Of a stretch of 64,000 nt of DNA, positions 19,025 through 28,215 are shown in pieces. Position numbers and translations under genes: made by a program. Position 1 is the stretch's first letter. Each line of letters begins with the position of its first letter. Under the pieces are notes generated by a model. That model searched no databases and was not told the origin of the DNA. It saw only the letters and a program-made list of their open reading frames with translations. The stretch comes from Bacillota bacterium. Its GTDB lineage: Bacteria; Bacillota; Dehalobacteriia; UBA4068; UBA4997. The stretch is from positions 5,101 through 69,100 of the forward strand of contig JAFQHN010000018.1 in the NCBI GenBank assembly GCA_017397935.1, given 5' to 3'.

Positions 19025-20194
19025 TTACCGTTTAGAAGGAGCCAAAATCAGCCGCAGATCCTCCACCTGCCGGCAGACAATTTTCGCCGCGCGGTCAGCC
19101 TCCTCCACCGTGTTCAGGCACGAGAAGCTGAAACGGATAGCACCCTCAATACGGCGGCGGTCATAACCCATAGCCGTCAGGACATGGCTCAATTTATCCT
19201 TGCGGGCCGCGCAGGCCGAACCGCTGCTGACCATCAAGCCCTCCTCCTCCAACATATGCAGCAAAACCTCGCTCTTAATGCCGTCAAAGCTGATGTTCAG
19301 CACATTGGGCAGCGCACCCTCAGGTGTGTTCATTTGCCACCCAGGCAGCTTGGATAAGCCGTTAAGCAGGCGCTCTTTTACCTCGGCCACCTGCTCCACA
19401 CGCTCTTGCAGGTTATCATAAGCCAGCTTGGCCGCCAAACCCAGCGCGCAGATTCCCGGCATATTCTCGGTGCCGCTGCGTCTGGCCGCCTCCTGCCCGC
19501 CGCCGGTCATCTGCGGCACAAACCGCACTCCGTCCCGCACATACAAAAACCCGGTGCCCTTGGGTGCGTGCAGCTTATGCCCGCTGACGGATAACATATC
19601 CACGCCCCACTCCCTGGGGTTTATCACCATTTTGCCAAAAGCCTGCACCGCGTCCACGTGCAGCAGCGCCTCACTCTGTGCCTTTTTCAGCTCGTTGGCC
19701 AGCTCGGCAATCGGCTGCACCGCACCAACCTCATTGTTCACCAGCATCACGCTTACCAAAACGGTGTCGGGGCGCAGCCTGGCCGCCAAATCCTCGGGCC
19801 GCACCTGACAGTTTTCGTCCACCGGCAGCAAATCAATCTCAAAGCCCTCATCACTCAGGGCCTCCGCCGTCCGCAGCACCGCAGGATGTTCCACCGCCGA
19901 TACAATAATATGCCTGCCGCGGCGTTTAGCAGCCGCAGCCACCCCACGGATAGCCAGATTGTTGGCCTCTGTTCCGCCCGAAGTAAAAATAATCTCTCTG
20001 GGCAGCACATTCAGCGCCTTGGCAATACGGGTACGCGCCTGCGCCAACAGCTTTTCGGCCGCCAGTCCCCGGCCATACAACGCCGAAGGGTTGCCATAAT
20101 CCTCGCACATCACACGGTAAGCCAAATCCGCCACCTGCGGCAGCACCTTAGTGGTGGCCGAGTTATCAAAGTAAATTTCCTGCTTGTTCTGCAT
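19025..20194 (-). CDS. nifS: cysteine desulfurase (NifS/IscS class), sulfur donor for ThiI
   Basis: Translation FDNSATT..., PLP lysine motif SGHKLHAPKG, active-site loop SSGSAC. Directly upstream of thiI with only a 37-bp gap. Confidence 0.9.
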   Translation of the reverse strand: MQNKQEIYFDNSATTKVLPQVADLAYRVMCEDYGNPSALYGRGLAAEKLLAQARTRIAKALNVLPREIIFTSGGTEANNLAIRGVAAAAKRRGRHIIVSAVEHPAVLRTAEALSDEGFEIDLLPVDENCQVRPEDLAARLRPDTVLVSVMLVNNEVGAVQPIAELANELKKAQSEALLHVDAVQAFGKMVINPREWGVDMLSVSGHKLHAPKGTGFLYVRDGVRFVPQMTGGGQEAARRSGTENMPGICALGLAAKLAYDNLQERVEQVAEVKERLLNGLSKLPGWQMNTPEGALPNVLNISFDGIKSEVLLHMLEEEGLMVSSGSACAARKDKLSHVLTAMGYDRRRIEGAIRFSFSCLNTVEEADRAAKIVCRQVEDLRLILAPSKR

Positions 20195-20277
20195 ATCGCC
20201 TTCGCCCTCTTAAATTATATTTTTGTATAAAAACTTTACATAAAACTTTACATAAAACCTTCCATATAAACAGTAAA

Positions 20278-20316
20278 ACAGCTTGCCCGCCGGTAATTCG
20301 GCAGACGGCAAGCTGC
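20278..20316 (-). terminator. terminator after second degV
   Basis: Hairpin cagcttgccgtctgccgaattaccggcgggcaagctg followed by a U-rich tract on the minus strand. Confidence 0.6.
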
Positions 20317-20329
20317 AAATTTGCTTATT

Positions 20330-21172
20330 TTACGGCCGCAGATAAAACAAAGCCACGCACCCCGGCCCCAAATGCACGCCCACCGTGGGGCCCACCGGGC
20401 ACAAAATCACCTCGCCCAGCTGCATTTCCTGCTGCAGCTCGGCCAGCAGCTTCTCGGCGCTGTCCTTCTGCAAAATATAGCTGACAAACAGCGTGGTATT
20501 GCGGAAGTCGGTGCCATCCTCCTGCACGCGGTTCTTTATCCACGCCAGACCTTTGCCCATACCGCGCACTTTTTGCGCCACTTCCAGAGAACCGTCGGCG
20601 CACACATTGATGATCGGCTTAATATTCAGCGCCTTGGCCAATGTGGCCGCCGTGCCGCTTATTCTGCCGCCCTTGGCCAGATACTCCAAATTATTGATCG
20701 CCCCGTACCCGCGAGAACGCTCGATCAACCCCGGCAGGGCCTGCTGCAATTCCTCAAAAGTTGCGCCATCAGCCACCATACGGGCCGCTGCCAGCACAAT
20801 GGCACCCTGGCCCAGCGTCGCACTCTTGGAATCAAACAGCGCCACCTTATCCTTGGGGTAATCCTCCAACAGCACCTTCACGCTGGCATAACAGCCGGAA
20901 AGCGCCGACGCAATTGTAATCACAACCACCTGATTACCGGCAGCCAGCTCCTCATCCACCGCCATTTGATAAAGCCCCAACGAGGGATAAGAAGTGGTGG
21001 GGAATTCACCGCTGCTTACCAGGCGGTCATAAAAATCCTCGGTAGTAATAGTCTCCTGGTCGGCAAAGGTGTCGGCACCAAAGGTAATGTTCATCGGCAG
21101 CTGCCGCACTCCGTATCTGGCCGCCAACTCCGCCGGCAAATCACAAGCCGTATCAGTAATAATCTTAATCAT
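20330..21172 (-). CDS. DegV family protein (second paralogue)
   Basis: Translation MIKIITDTACDLPAELAARYGV... is the DegV signature. Confidence 0.85.
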   Translation of the reverse strand: MIKIITDTACDLPAELAARYGVRQLPMNITFGADTFADQETITTEDFYDRLVSSGEFPTTSYPSLGLYQMAVDEELAAGNQVVVITIASALSGCYASVKVLLEDYPKDKVALFDSKSATLGQGAIVLAAARMVADGATFEELQQALPGLIERSRGYGAINNLEYLAKGGRISGTAATLAKALNIKPIINVCADGSLEVAQKVRGMGKGLAWIKNRVQEDGTDFRNTTLFVSYILQKDSAEKLLAELQQEMQLGEVILCPVGPTVGVHLGPGCVALFYLRP

Positions 21173-21273
21173 TAGGTTCTCCCACTCTTCGTTAACTATA
21201 CATCAAATATATATCAACCAAACAAACCAATTTTTTATCCATTTTTAATTTCTGTTCAATCTTTATTTAATTT

Positions 21274-22095
21274 CTATTTAATCTCAGCCGCCATCTCGGC
21301 ACTGCGCGCTGCACAGGCCGCCGCTGCTGCCGTTACCGTCTGCGGCAATTCATCGGCAAACACGGCCAAAGCTGCCGCCGTGGTTCCGCCCTTGGATGTC
21401 ACCTGAACACGCAGTTCGGCAGGGGGTTCGGTGCGCGCTTCCAGCATTTTGCCGCTGCCAATGGCTGTCTGCCTGGCCAGGGCCGCCGCAGTTTCTGCCG
21501 ATAAGCCAAGCTGCTCGCCCGCCGCCGCCAAAAGCTCGGTAAAATAATAAAAATATGCAGGCCCGCTGCCGGAAACCGCCGTCAACGCATGAATATCCTT
21601 CTCCTCTATCCACAGCGTCTGCCCCACCGCCGCAAAAACCTGCTCGGCCAGCGTTTTATGCTCGTCCGCAGCCAGCTTACCGGCCATCAAACCGGTAATG
21701 GCCGCCAGCACCGCCGCCGATGTATTGGGCATAGCCCGCACCACCGGCACATCGGGCAAGCGCTCCTCATAAAAGGCCAACGGAATACCCGCCGCAATCG
21801 TCAGCACAGTTTGTCCGGCGTGCAGCATCGGCTGCAAATCAGCCAGCAGCTCACTCATCGACTGCGGTTTTACCGCCAACAGCAGCACATCTGCCACTGC
21901 CACCGCCGCCTGCATATCCGCATAGCTTTCCGCCGCCAGCTCCGCCGCCAAATCGGCCGCTTTTGCCGCATCAATATCATAAAACCCCAGCAACAGCGGT
22001 GATTTCTTGGCGGTCAGCCCCCGGCCGATCGCCGCAGCCATGTTGCCGCTGCCAAAAAACACCAGTCGTTTCAGGTTACGCTCTGTCTGCTCCAT
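21274..22095 (-). CDS. proC: pyrroline-5-carboxylate reductase
   Basis: Rossmann motif VFFGSGNMAAAIGRGL and a ProC C-terminal dimerisation domain. Start at MEQTERN with a GGAGG Shine-Dalgarno sequence. Confidence 0.85.
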   Translation of the reverse strand: MEQTERNLKRLVFFGSGNMAAAIGRGLTAKKSPLLLGFYDIDAAKAADLAAELAAESYADMQAAVAVADVLLLAVKPQSMSELLADLQPMLHAGQTVLTIAAGIPLAFYEERLPDVPVVRAMPNTSAAVLAAITGLMAGKLAADEHKTLAEQVFAAVGQTLWIEEKDIHALTAVSGSGPAYFYYFTELLAAAGEQLGLSAETAAALARQTAIGSGKMLEARTEPPAELRVQVTSKGGTTAAALAVFADELPQTVTAAAAACAARSAEMAAEIK

Positions 22096-22145
22096 TTTCC
22101 ACGCCTCCGTTTTCATCCGCATACACTTATCACAAATCAGCCATA

Positions 22146-23114
22146 TTACTGGCTTACCGTATTAAATGCAAAGCCGCCGTGCTGCACCGCAATTTCGCCG
22201 CTGATGTCGGTTCCGTGGGGCAGCATTTCGGCAGGCTGCCCGTCCAGCGTGATAACCAGCTTCTTAACCTGCTCCACACCGGCCAGGGTGGCCATCAGAC
22301 TGTCCAAAAACATACTCTCCTGCGCCGTACCGCCCATTTGCAGCAAGGCCTGGTTAAAGTCCAGCGTCAATTTGCCGTCAGCAAAGCTTACCGCCTGCAA
22401 TTTCACACCATCGGCCACCGCCGGGTACACGCCGCTGTTTGGGGGCGCATCCCCTGCCCAGGCCTGCATCAGCGCCTGCAAATATTTCTCAGTATCGGCG
22501 TATTTGGCCTCATTAACCGGCAGCGTCAGCGGCACCAAATACATCGCCTGCACATCCGCAAAATACACCACCGAACCGTCCTCTCCGCCGCCAAAATCAT
22601 TCAGCACCGCCGCATAATAAGGCTCCTCAGAGAGCGGCTGTTCATTATAATACATCATCAAACCGGCCGTGGTATCGTCCTGGTCCAGCAGCTCATCGTT
22701 AACGGTTGCCGCAAAGGCCGCCAAATTAACATCATCGGCCGTCAGCGCCGCATCACCCGTCAGGTTGATATGCACCAGGCCGTCGGCAAAATACAGCTCC
22801 TTCATCTTAACACCGGCGGGCAGCACGCCCTGGCAAAAACTGTCAGGCGGGCCGGCCAGCAGCTTTTCCAGCGCGATCCAAATGGTATCACGGCTGGAAT
22901 TGATACCGTAAACCAACGGCACCAGCGCCTCGCTGTCCATCGCCTGATAATAAACCTTCACCGAGCTTTCCGGCTGTTTGGATAACAGGTCCGGGCTAAG
23001 CTCCGACCTTCCCTCGGTATTCTCCACGGGTTTTTCACCGCAGCCGGCCAGCATAAGCAGCAGCAGGCAAAGCAGAGCCGCCAATAGTTTGCCCAAATTT
23101 CGGCTCTTTGTCAT
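22146..23114 (-). CDS. GerMN-domain lipoprotein (germination/sporulation GerM-like)
   Basis: Lipobox LLLLMLAGCGEKP. Two GerMN-like repeats. Confidence 0.6.
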   Translation of the reverse strand: MTKSRNLGKLLAALLCLLLLMLAGCGEKPVENTEGRSELSPDLLSKQPESSVKVYYQAMDSEALVPLVYGINSSRDTIWIALEKLLAGPPDSFCQGVLPAGVKMKELYFADGLVHINLTGDAALTADDVNLAAFAATVNDELLDQDDTTAGLMMYYNEQPLSEEPYYAAVLNDFGGGEDGSVVYFADVQAMYLVPLTLPVNEAKYADTEKYLQALMQAWAGDAPPNSGVYPAVADGVKLQAVSFADGKLTLDFNQALLQMGGTAQESMFLDSLMATLAGVEQVKKLVITLDGQPAEMLPHGTDISGEIAVQHGGFAFNTVSQ

Positions 23115-23368
23115 AAAAACTCCTCCAAAACTCCTCATTGGAACTCCTAATTGGAATCCTCGGCAGCAGGCATTGGCCCTCTGCCATCAAAATCAGCCGT
23201 TATATCACGGCCAATCATAATATCTTAACAGACTTTTTTTAATTAAATATCAACTGCATTGTCATCATCATTATCACACTGTAATATTATACCATAATTT
23301 GCCTGTCTGCGCAAGATGTGCGCCGCAGGGCCGTTTGCGAGCATTTTCGCCCATTTTCTCCCCTGATA

Positions 23369-23947
23369 TTACTTTTTCAGCTCATCCAGCGTCAGGCTGA
23401 AAGACGGCACAAAGTTGGCAAAGAAGTATTCCACCTCCGGGCGCTCGCGATAAGGCCGCAGTTTTTCCTCCGTCGCCGCAAAAGCCACCTGAAACTCCCT
23501 GTTGCCGCAGTTCAACTCCTCGGCGCACTTCAAGTACGCGCAAATTTTGTCGGCAATATGCACCAGCTCCTCCTCGGCGGATTTCTCCGGCAGCAGCACC
23601 TGCTTAAAATCCCCCTGCAATTCGGGCGGCAGCTTGGCGGTCAATTCCTCCACCGCCTCGGCCTCCAAAGCATGAAACACCCTCTCGATCTCGCCGTTGG
23701 CATATTTCACCGGCGTCGGCAAATCACCCGTCACCGTTTCGCTCACATCATGGTACAACGCCAGCACCGCCACACGGTTTTCGTCCAGCGCACCGCCGTA
23801 CAGCCTGTTCTTAATCACCGCCAGCGCGTGTGCCACCACGGCCACCTGCCAGCTATGCTCCTGCGTGTTCTCCTCATAAGTGTTCCGCATCAAGCCCCAC
23901 CGTTTGATCAACCGCAACCTGCTTATATATGCAAAAAAATGAAACAT
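23369..23947 (-). CDS. HD-domain phosphohydrolase (YfbR-like 5'-deoxynucleotidase family)
   Basis: HD motif ...EHSWQVAVVAHALA...LYHDVSETVTGDLPTP. Confidence 0.7.
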   Translation of the reverse strand: MFHFFAYISRLRLIKRWGLMRNTYEENTQEHSWQVAVVAHALAVIKNRLYGGALDENRVAVLALYHDVSETVTGDLPTPVKYANGEIERVFHALEAEAVEELTAKLPPELQGDFKQVLLPEKSAEEELVHIADKICAYLKCAEELNCGNREFQVAFAATEEKLRPYRERPEVEYFFANFVPSFSLTLDELKK

Positions 23948-24237
23948 TTTGTACCCTCCATACTATGGCAATTCGCCCCACAAATATAATATAAACTCGG
24001 CACCTCAATCCGCCCAAACTCCCGACGAATTTTATACTCCCCACTATGGCAATTCGCTCCTCATTTCGGTTTACGATAAGTCACCCAGTCCTCTTGCCGC
24101 CAATGATATTACCGTTCCTACCCACTCCGGCAAGCCATTCTGCCGCTATTATAGCAAATTTTTATTGTATTGGCAAACCCAATCCGCTATAATATAGCAG
24201 AGCAATCATCACAAAAACAGAAAGTGAAACTGATTAT

Positions 24238-25152
24238 ATGAATACAATGAAAAAAAACAAGAGAATTGCCACCCCCAGCGTTACCCGTGGTCTGATGCGT
24301 GATTTTGATGTGTCCGCCAAGAAAAGTCTGGGGCAAAATTTCATCATTGAACCGAAAATTATCGAGCGTATTGCCGCCGAGGCCGAATGTACCAAACAGG
24401 ATTTGGTGCTGGAAATCGGCCCGGGCCTTGGCAGCCTTACCCAGGCGCTGGCCGAAAACGCCGGTCAGGTGGTGGCCGTGGAGATTGACAAAACCCTGTT
24501 GCAGCCGCTGGCCCAAAGCTTCGCGGACTATGACAATATTGACATCATCAACGCCGACGCCCTGCAAACCGATTTGGCCGAGCTGCTCGCCCCCTATCTC
24601 AACAAACCCGGCTACAACCCCGGCTTTATGGCCGTGGCCAACCTGCCATATTACATCACCACGCCGCTTATCATGCGCTTTTTAGAGAGCAATACCCCGT
24701 GGCGGCGGCTGGTTTTTATGGTGCAGAAGGAAATGGCCGCCCGTATGCAGGCCGCACCCGGCACCAAGGATTACGGTGCGCTTTCGCTGGCGGTGCAATA
24801 CCGCGCACAGGCCAAAATCGCCTTTACGGTGCCGGCCGCCGTTTTTCTGCCCCGCCCCAAGGTTGATTCCGCCGTTATCGTGCTGGAACGCCTGACCGAA
24901 CCGCCCGTTGCCGTGCAGGATGAGGCGCTGCTGTTTGCCGTTATCCGTGCCGGCTTCAATCAACGCCGCAAAACCATCAACAATGCTTTAAGCCATGTTT
25001 TGCAGCTGGATAAGCCTCTGGTGGCCGCCGCTCTTGCCGCCGCCGGTGTAGACGGTGCCCGCCGTGCCGAAACGCTGACCATCACCGAATTTGCCGCATT
25101 AAGCGACGCCATCTCCGAGCTGAAACCCCAGCATATCAATACCGATATTTAA
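24238..25152 (+). CDS. rsmA: 16S rRNA (adenine1518/1519-N6)-dimethyltransferase RsmA/KsgA
   Basis: Translation KKSLGQNFIIEPKII...LEIGPGLGSLT...VANLPYYITTP is the canonical KsgA. Confidence 0.9.
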   Translation: MNTMKKNKRIATPSVTRGLMRDFDVSAKKSLGQNFIIEPKIIERIAAEAECTKQDLVLEIGPGLGSLTQALAENAGQVVAVEIDKTLLQPLAQSFADYDNIDIINADALQTDLAELLAPYLNKPGYNPGFMAVANLPYYITTPLIMRFLESNTPWRRLVFMVQKEMAARMQAAPGTKDYGALSLAVQYRAQAKIAFTVPAAVFLPRPKVDSAVIVLERLTEPPVAVQDEALLFAVIRAGFNQRRKTINNALSHVLQLDKPLVAAALAAAGVDGARRAETLTITEFAALSDAISELKPQHINTDI

Positions 25153-25179
25153 TTGGAATATAATTAAAAGGCCCAAATT

Positions 25180-26175
25180 ATGTTATATGATATTCTTTTA
25201 CCGGCGCTTATCGGTGCGGCTGTTATGGCCGTGCTGCTGGCCGCCGCCTACCTGCTGATGCGCCAACCACAGCAGCCCAATCCACCCGATACCCCTGCCC
25301 CCACGCCGCCGCCGGATAACAACGCTGAGGTCGCCGCCCGTCTGGCCCGTTTGGAAGCTCAGCTTTCTGCCGGCCAACAGGCAGGGCAGCAGGCCGCATA
25401 TAATCAAACCCTGCTGTTAAACCGCCAGCTCTCCTCATTGGAGGATAATGTCAACCAATTACAGCGGCTGTTCCGTAATGTCAAGCTGCGCGGCAGCTGG
25501 GGAGAAGTTCAACTGGCCGCTGTTTTAAGCGAATTTCTCTCCCCCACTCAGTATGAGGCCAATGTCGCCATCGACCCGGAGGCCGCCGAGCGTGTGGAGT
25601 TTGCCGTAAAGCTGCCCCTGCCGGACAACACCTTTATGTGGCTGCCGATAGACGCCAAATGCCCCATTGAGGATTTTGAGCGCCTGCAAGCCGCCGCTGA
25701 ACAAAATGATCGCGACGCCGCCGATAAGGCCGAGAAAGCCCTGTCCCGCCGTCTGCTGGCCGAGGCCGCCGATATTGCCGCCAAATACATCCGCCCGCCG
25801 TACAGCACCGATTTCGCCCTGCTTTTCCTGCCGATAGAGTCGATTTACCAGTGGCTGCTCACCCAGACGGATTTAATGCAGACTCTGCAAACCCGTCACC
25901 GCGTCATCCCCTGCGGGCCGTCCACCGTCAGCGCAGTGCTTAATCTGGTGCAGCTTTCGCACCAAACGCTTTCATTAAGCCAAAGCGAGGGCGAAGTCTG
26001 GCAGTATCTGGCCGGTGTCAAGCAGGAGCTGGCCAATTTTGAGGATGCACTGACCAAAACCCAGAAAAAAGCCGCCGAGCTGACCGCCCATCTGGAAACT
26101 CTCTCCCGCCGCCTGCGCGTTTTGCAGCGCCGCCTTAATCAGCTGGAAAATCCCGGCGAGACCAACCAAAACTAA
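25180..26175 (+). CDS. rmuC: DNA recombination protein RmuC
   Basis: N-terminal TM helix, then a coiled-coil, then an RmuC nuclease-like C-domain (FALLFLPIESIY). Confidence 0.7.
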   Translation: MLYDILLPALIGAAVMAVLLAAAYLLMRQPQQPNPPDTPAPTPPPDNNAEVAARLARLEAQLSAGQQAGQQAAYNQTLLLNRQLSSLEDNVNQLQRLFRNVKLRGSWGEVQLAAVLSEFLSPTQYEANVAIDPEAAERVEFAVKLPLPDNTFMWLPIDAKCPIEDFERLQAAAEQNDRDAADKAEKALSRRLLAEAADIAAKYIRPPYSTDFALLFLPIESIYQWLLTQTDLMQTLQTRHRVIPCGPSTVSAVLNLVQLSHQTLSLSQSEGEVWQYLAGVKQELANFEDALTKTQKKAAELTAHLETLSRRLRVLQRRLNQLENPGETNQN

Positions 26176-26444
26176 TCCCAAAATTCCCTTGACTAAACCG
26201 CCTGTTGGGGGTAATATATTAGGTAATATTAGTAAAAATGGGATATAATGTGAACTGTGCAGGTTGGCAACGATGAATTACCAAAGAGGCTCCCAATAGC
26301 ACAAAAACCGCTGATAACAGCAGCGGCCGCACCGCCAACCACCCAAAAAATTACTTTATGCGCTTGCCGGACAGTTTCACGGACAGTTTTTTTAACCGCG
26401 ATTAAGCGTGAAGCCCCGGCCCAAAACAAGGAGGTTAAAAACCT

Positions 26445-27284
26445 ATGGCAGACAAAAAAACTTGGCCCAAAATGCAGGAGATGAAAGACAACGGCGAGAA
26501 AATCGCAATGATTACCGCCTATGATTATTCCAGCGCGGGCATGGCAGAAAAAGCCGGTATCGACATCATTCTGGTGGGCGATTCCCTTGGCAACGTGGTA
26601 CAGGGCGGTGATAACACCCTGCCTGTAACCGTTGATGAGATGATTTACCACGCCAAAGCCGTAAAACGCGGCGCACCCAACACCTGTATCATCGTGGATA
26701 TGCCCTTCGGCTCTTACGAGATTTCCATTGAAGAAGGCGTGCGCAACGCAGTACGCATCATCAAGGAAACCGGCTGCGACGGCGTAAAGCTGGAAGGCGG
26801 CATTGAACGCGCCGAGCTGATTCGGGCCATCACCAACGCATCCGTGCCCGTAATGGCTCACATCGGCATGACCCCCCAGAAGATTGCCCAGATGGGCGGC
26901 TTCAAGGTACAGGGCAAGAGCATCGAGGATGCCCAGAAGCTGATTGACGCCGCCAAGGCTCTGGAAGCTGCCGGTGCCGTTCAGGTGCTGATGGAGTGCG
27001 TTCCCACTCCTCTGGCCACCAAAATCACCGAATCTCTTGAAGTTCCCACCATCGGTATCGGCGCCGGCAACGGCACCACCGGTCAGGTTCTGGTTTGGTA
27101 TGATATGGCCGGTATGTATGACAAATTCTGCCCCAAATTCGTTAAAAAGTACGCCGAGGCCGGCAAAATCATCACCGACGCCATGGCTGAATATGTTGCC
27201 GAGGTTAAGGGCGGTCAGTTCCCCGATGAGGCACACTCCTTTGCGCTGAAAAACGCCGATGAGATTCTGCCCCGTCTGTATTAA
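26445..27284 (+). CDS. panB: 3-methyl-2-oxobutanoate hydroxymethyltransferase
   Basis: Translation ITAYDYSSAGMAEKAGIDIILVGDSLGNVVQG...VDMPFGSY...VKLEGG is the canonical PanB. Confidence 0.9.
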   Translation: MADKKTWPKMQEMKDNGEKIAMITAYDYSSAGMAEKAGIDIILVGDSLGNVVQGGDNTLPVTVDEMIYHAKAVKRGAPNTCIIVDMPFGSYEISIEEGVRNAVRIIKETGCDGVKLEGGIERAELIRAITNASVPVMAHIGMTPQKIAQMGGFKVQGKSIEDAQKLIDAAKALEAAGAVQVLMECVPTPLATKITESLEVPTIGIGAGNGTTGQVLVWYDMAGMYDKFCPKFVKKYAEAGKIITDAMAEYVAEVKGGQFPDEAHSFALKNADEILPRLY

Positions 27285-27578
27285 AATCATTAAAATTTAA
27301 TTTAACCGACCAAAAGCGGTGTGCCCCCACGGGTATGCCGCTTTTACTTATTTTTTTATATTTCGGCCGTCTTTCTTCCCTTTTCTTCCTTATATTATCT
27401 TAGCCAAAATCTTTCGCTGTTTATATTGACAAATCGCCTTTTTTCAACTAACATTGATCATAGAAAAGTGTCGATGATTTACAGGCTGCTGCCCAAATCG
27501 GCGGTGCAGTCTGTTTTGGTGTTCACATTTCTTTCTTATTTTTAACACCGATTTTAATACTGAGAGGAGTCCTCCCCA

Positions 27579-28151
27579 ATGCAACTGATGGAAGAAAAAA
27601 TTATCGCCGAAGGACAAGTTCTGCCCGGAGGTATCCTCAAAGTGGGCAGCTTCCTTAACCAGATGATTGATACCGCCTTCTTAAAGGAGATGAGCGAAGA
27701 AATCGCCCGTCTTTATGCCGATTGCGGCGTCAGCAAGATCCTTACCATCGAGTCCTCCGGTATCTCCATCGCCACGGCGGTGGGTATGCAAATGGGCGTG
27801 CCGGTGGTTTTTGCCAAAAAGCACAAAACCAGCAACGTGGACGGCGCGGTTTATTCCACCTCTGTTCACTCCTTCACCCACAACACCGATTACACCGTGG
27901 TGGTCAGCAGCGATTACCTGCTGGCCGGGGATAATGTGCTGCTGGTGGATGATTTTCTGGCCAACGGCAAAGCGCTGCTCGGTCTGATTGATTTGGCAGA
28001 GCAGGCCGGCGCTTCGGTTTCCGGTGCGGCAGTTGCCATCGAGAAAGGCTTCCAGGGCGGCGGCGATAAGCTGCGGGCCCAGGGTGTGCGTGTCGAATCG
28101 CTGGCCATTATTGACAGCATGACCGATACCGATGTCACCTTCCGTCCTTAA
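27579..28151 (+). CDS. xpt: xanthine phosphoribosyltransferase
   Basis: Translation MQLMEEKIIAEGQVLPGGILKVGSFLNQMID... and the PRTase motif VLLVDDFLANGKA. 190 aa. Confidence 0.9.
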   Translation: MQLMEEKIIAEGQVLPGGILKVGSFLNQMIDTAFLKEMSEEIARLYADCGVSKILTIESSGISIATAVGMQMGVPVVFAKKHKTSNVDGAVYSTSVHSFTHNTDYTVVVSSDYLLAGDNVLLVDDFLANGKALLGLIDLAEQAGASVSGAAVAIEKGFQGGGDKLRAQGVRVESLAIIDSMTDTDVTFRP

Positions 28152-28215
28152 TTTTTGCTGAAAAAGTTGTTGTAATATATCACCAAAACACAAACAAAAA
28201 AAAGGAGACAAAAAA

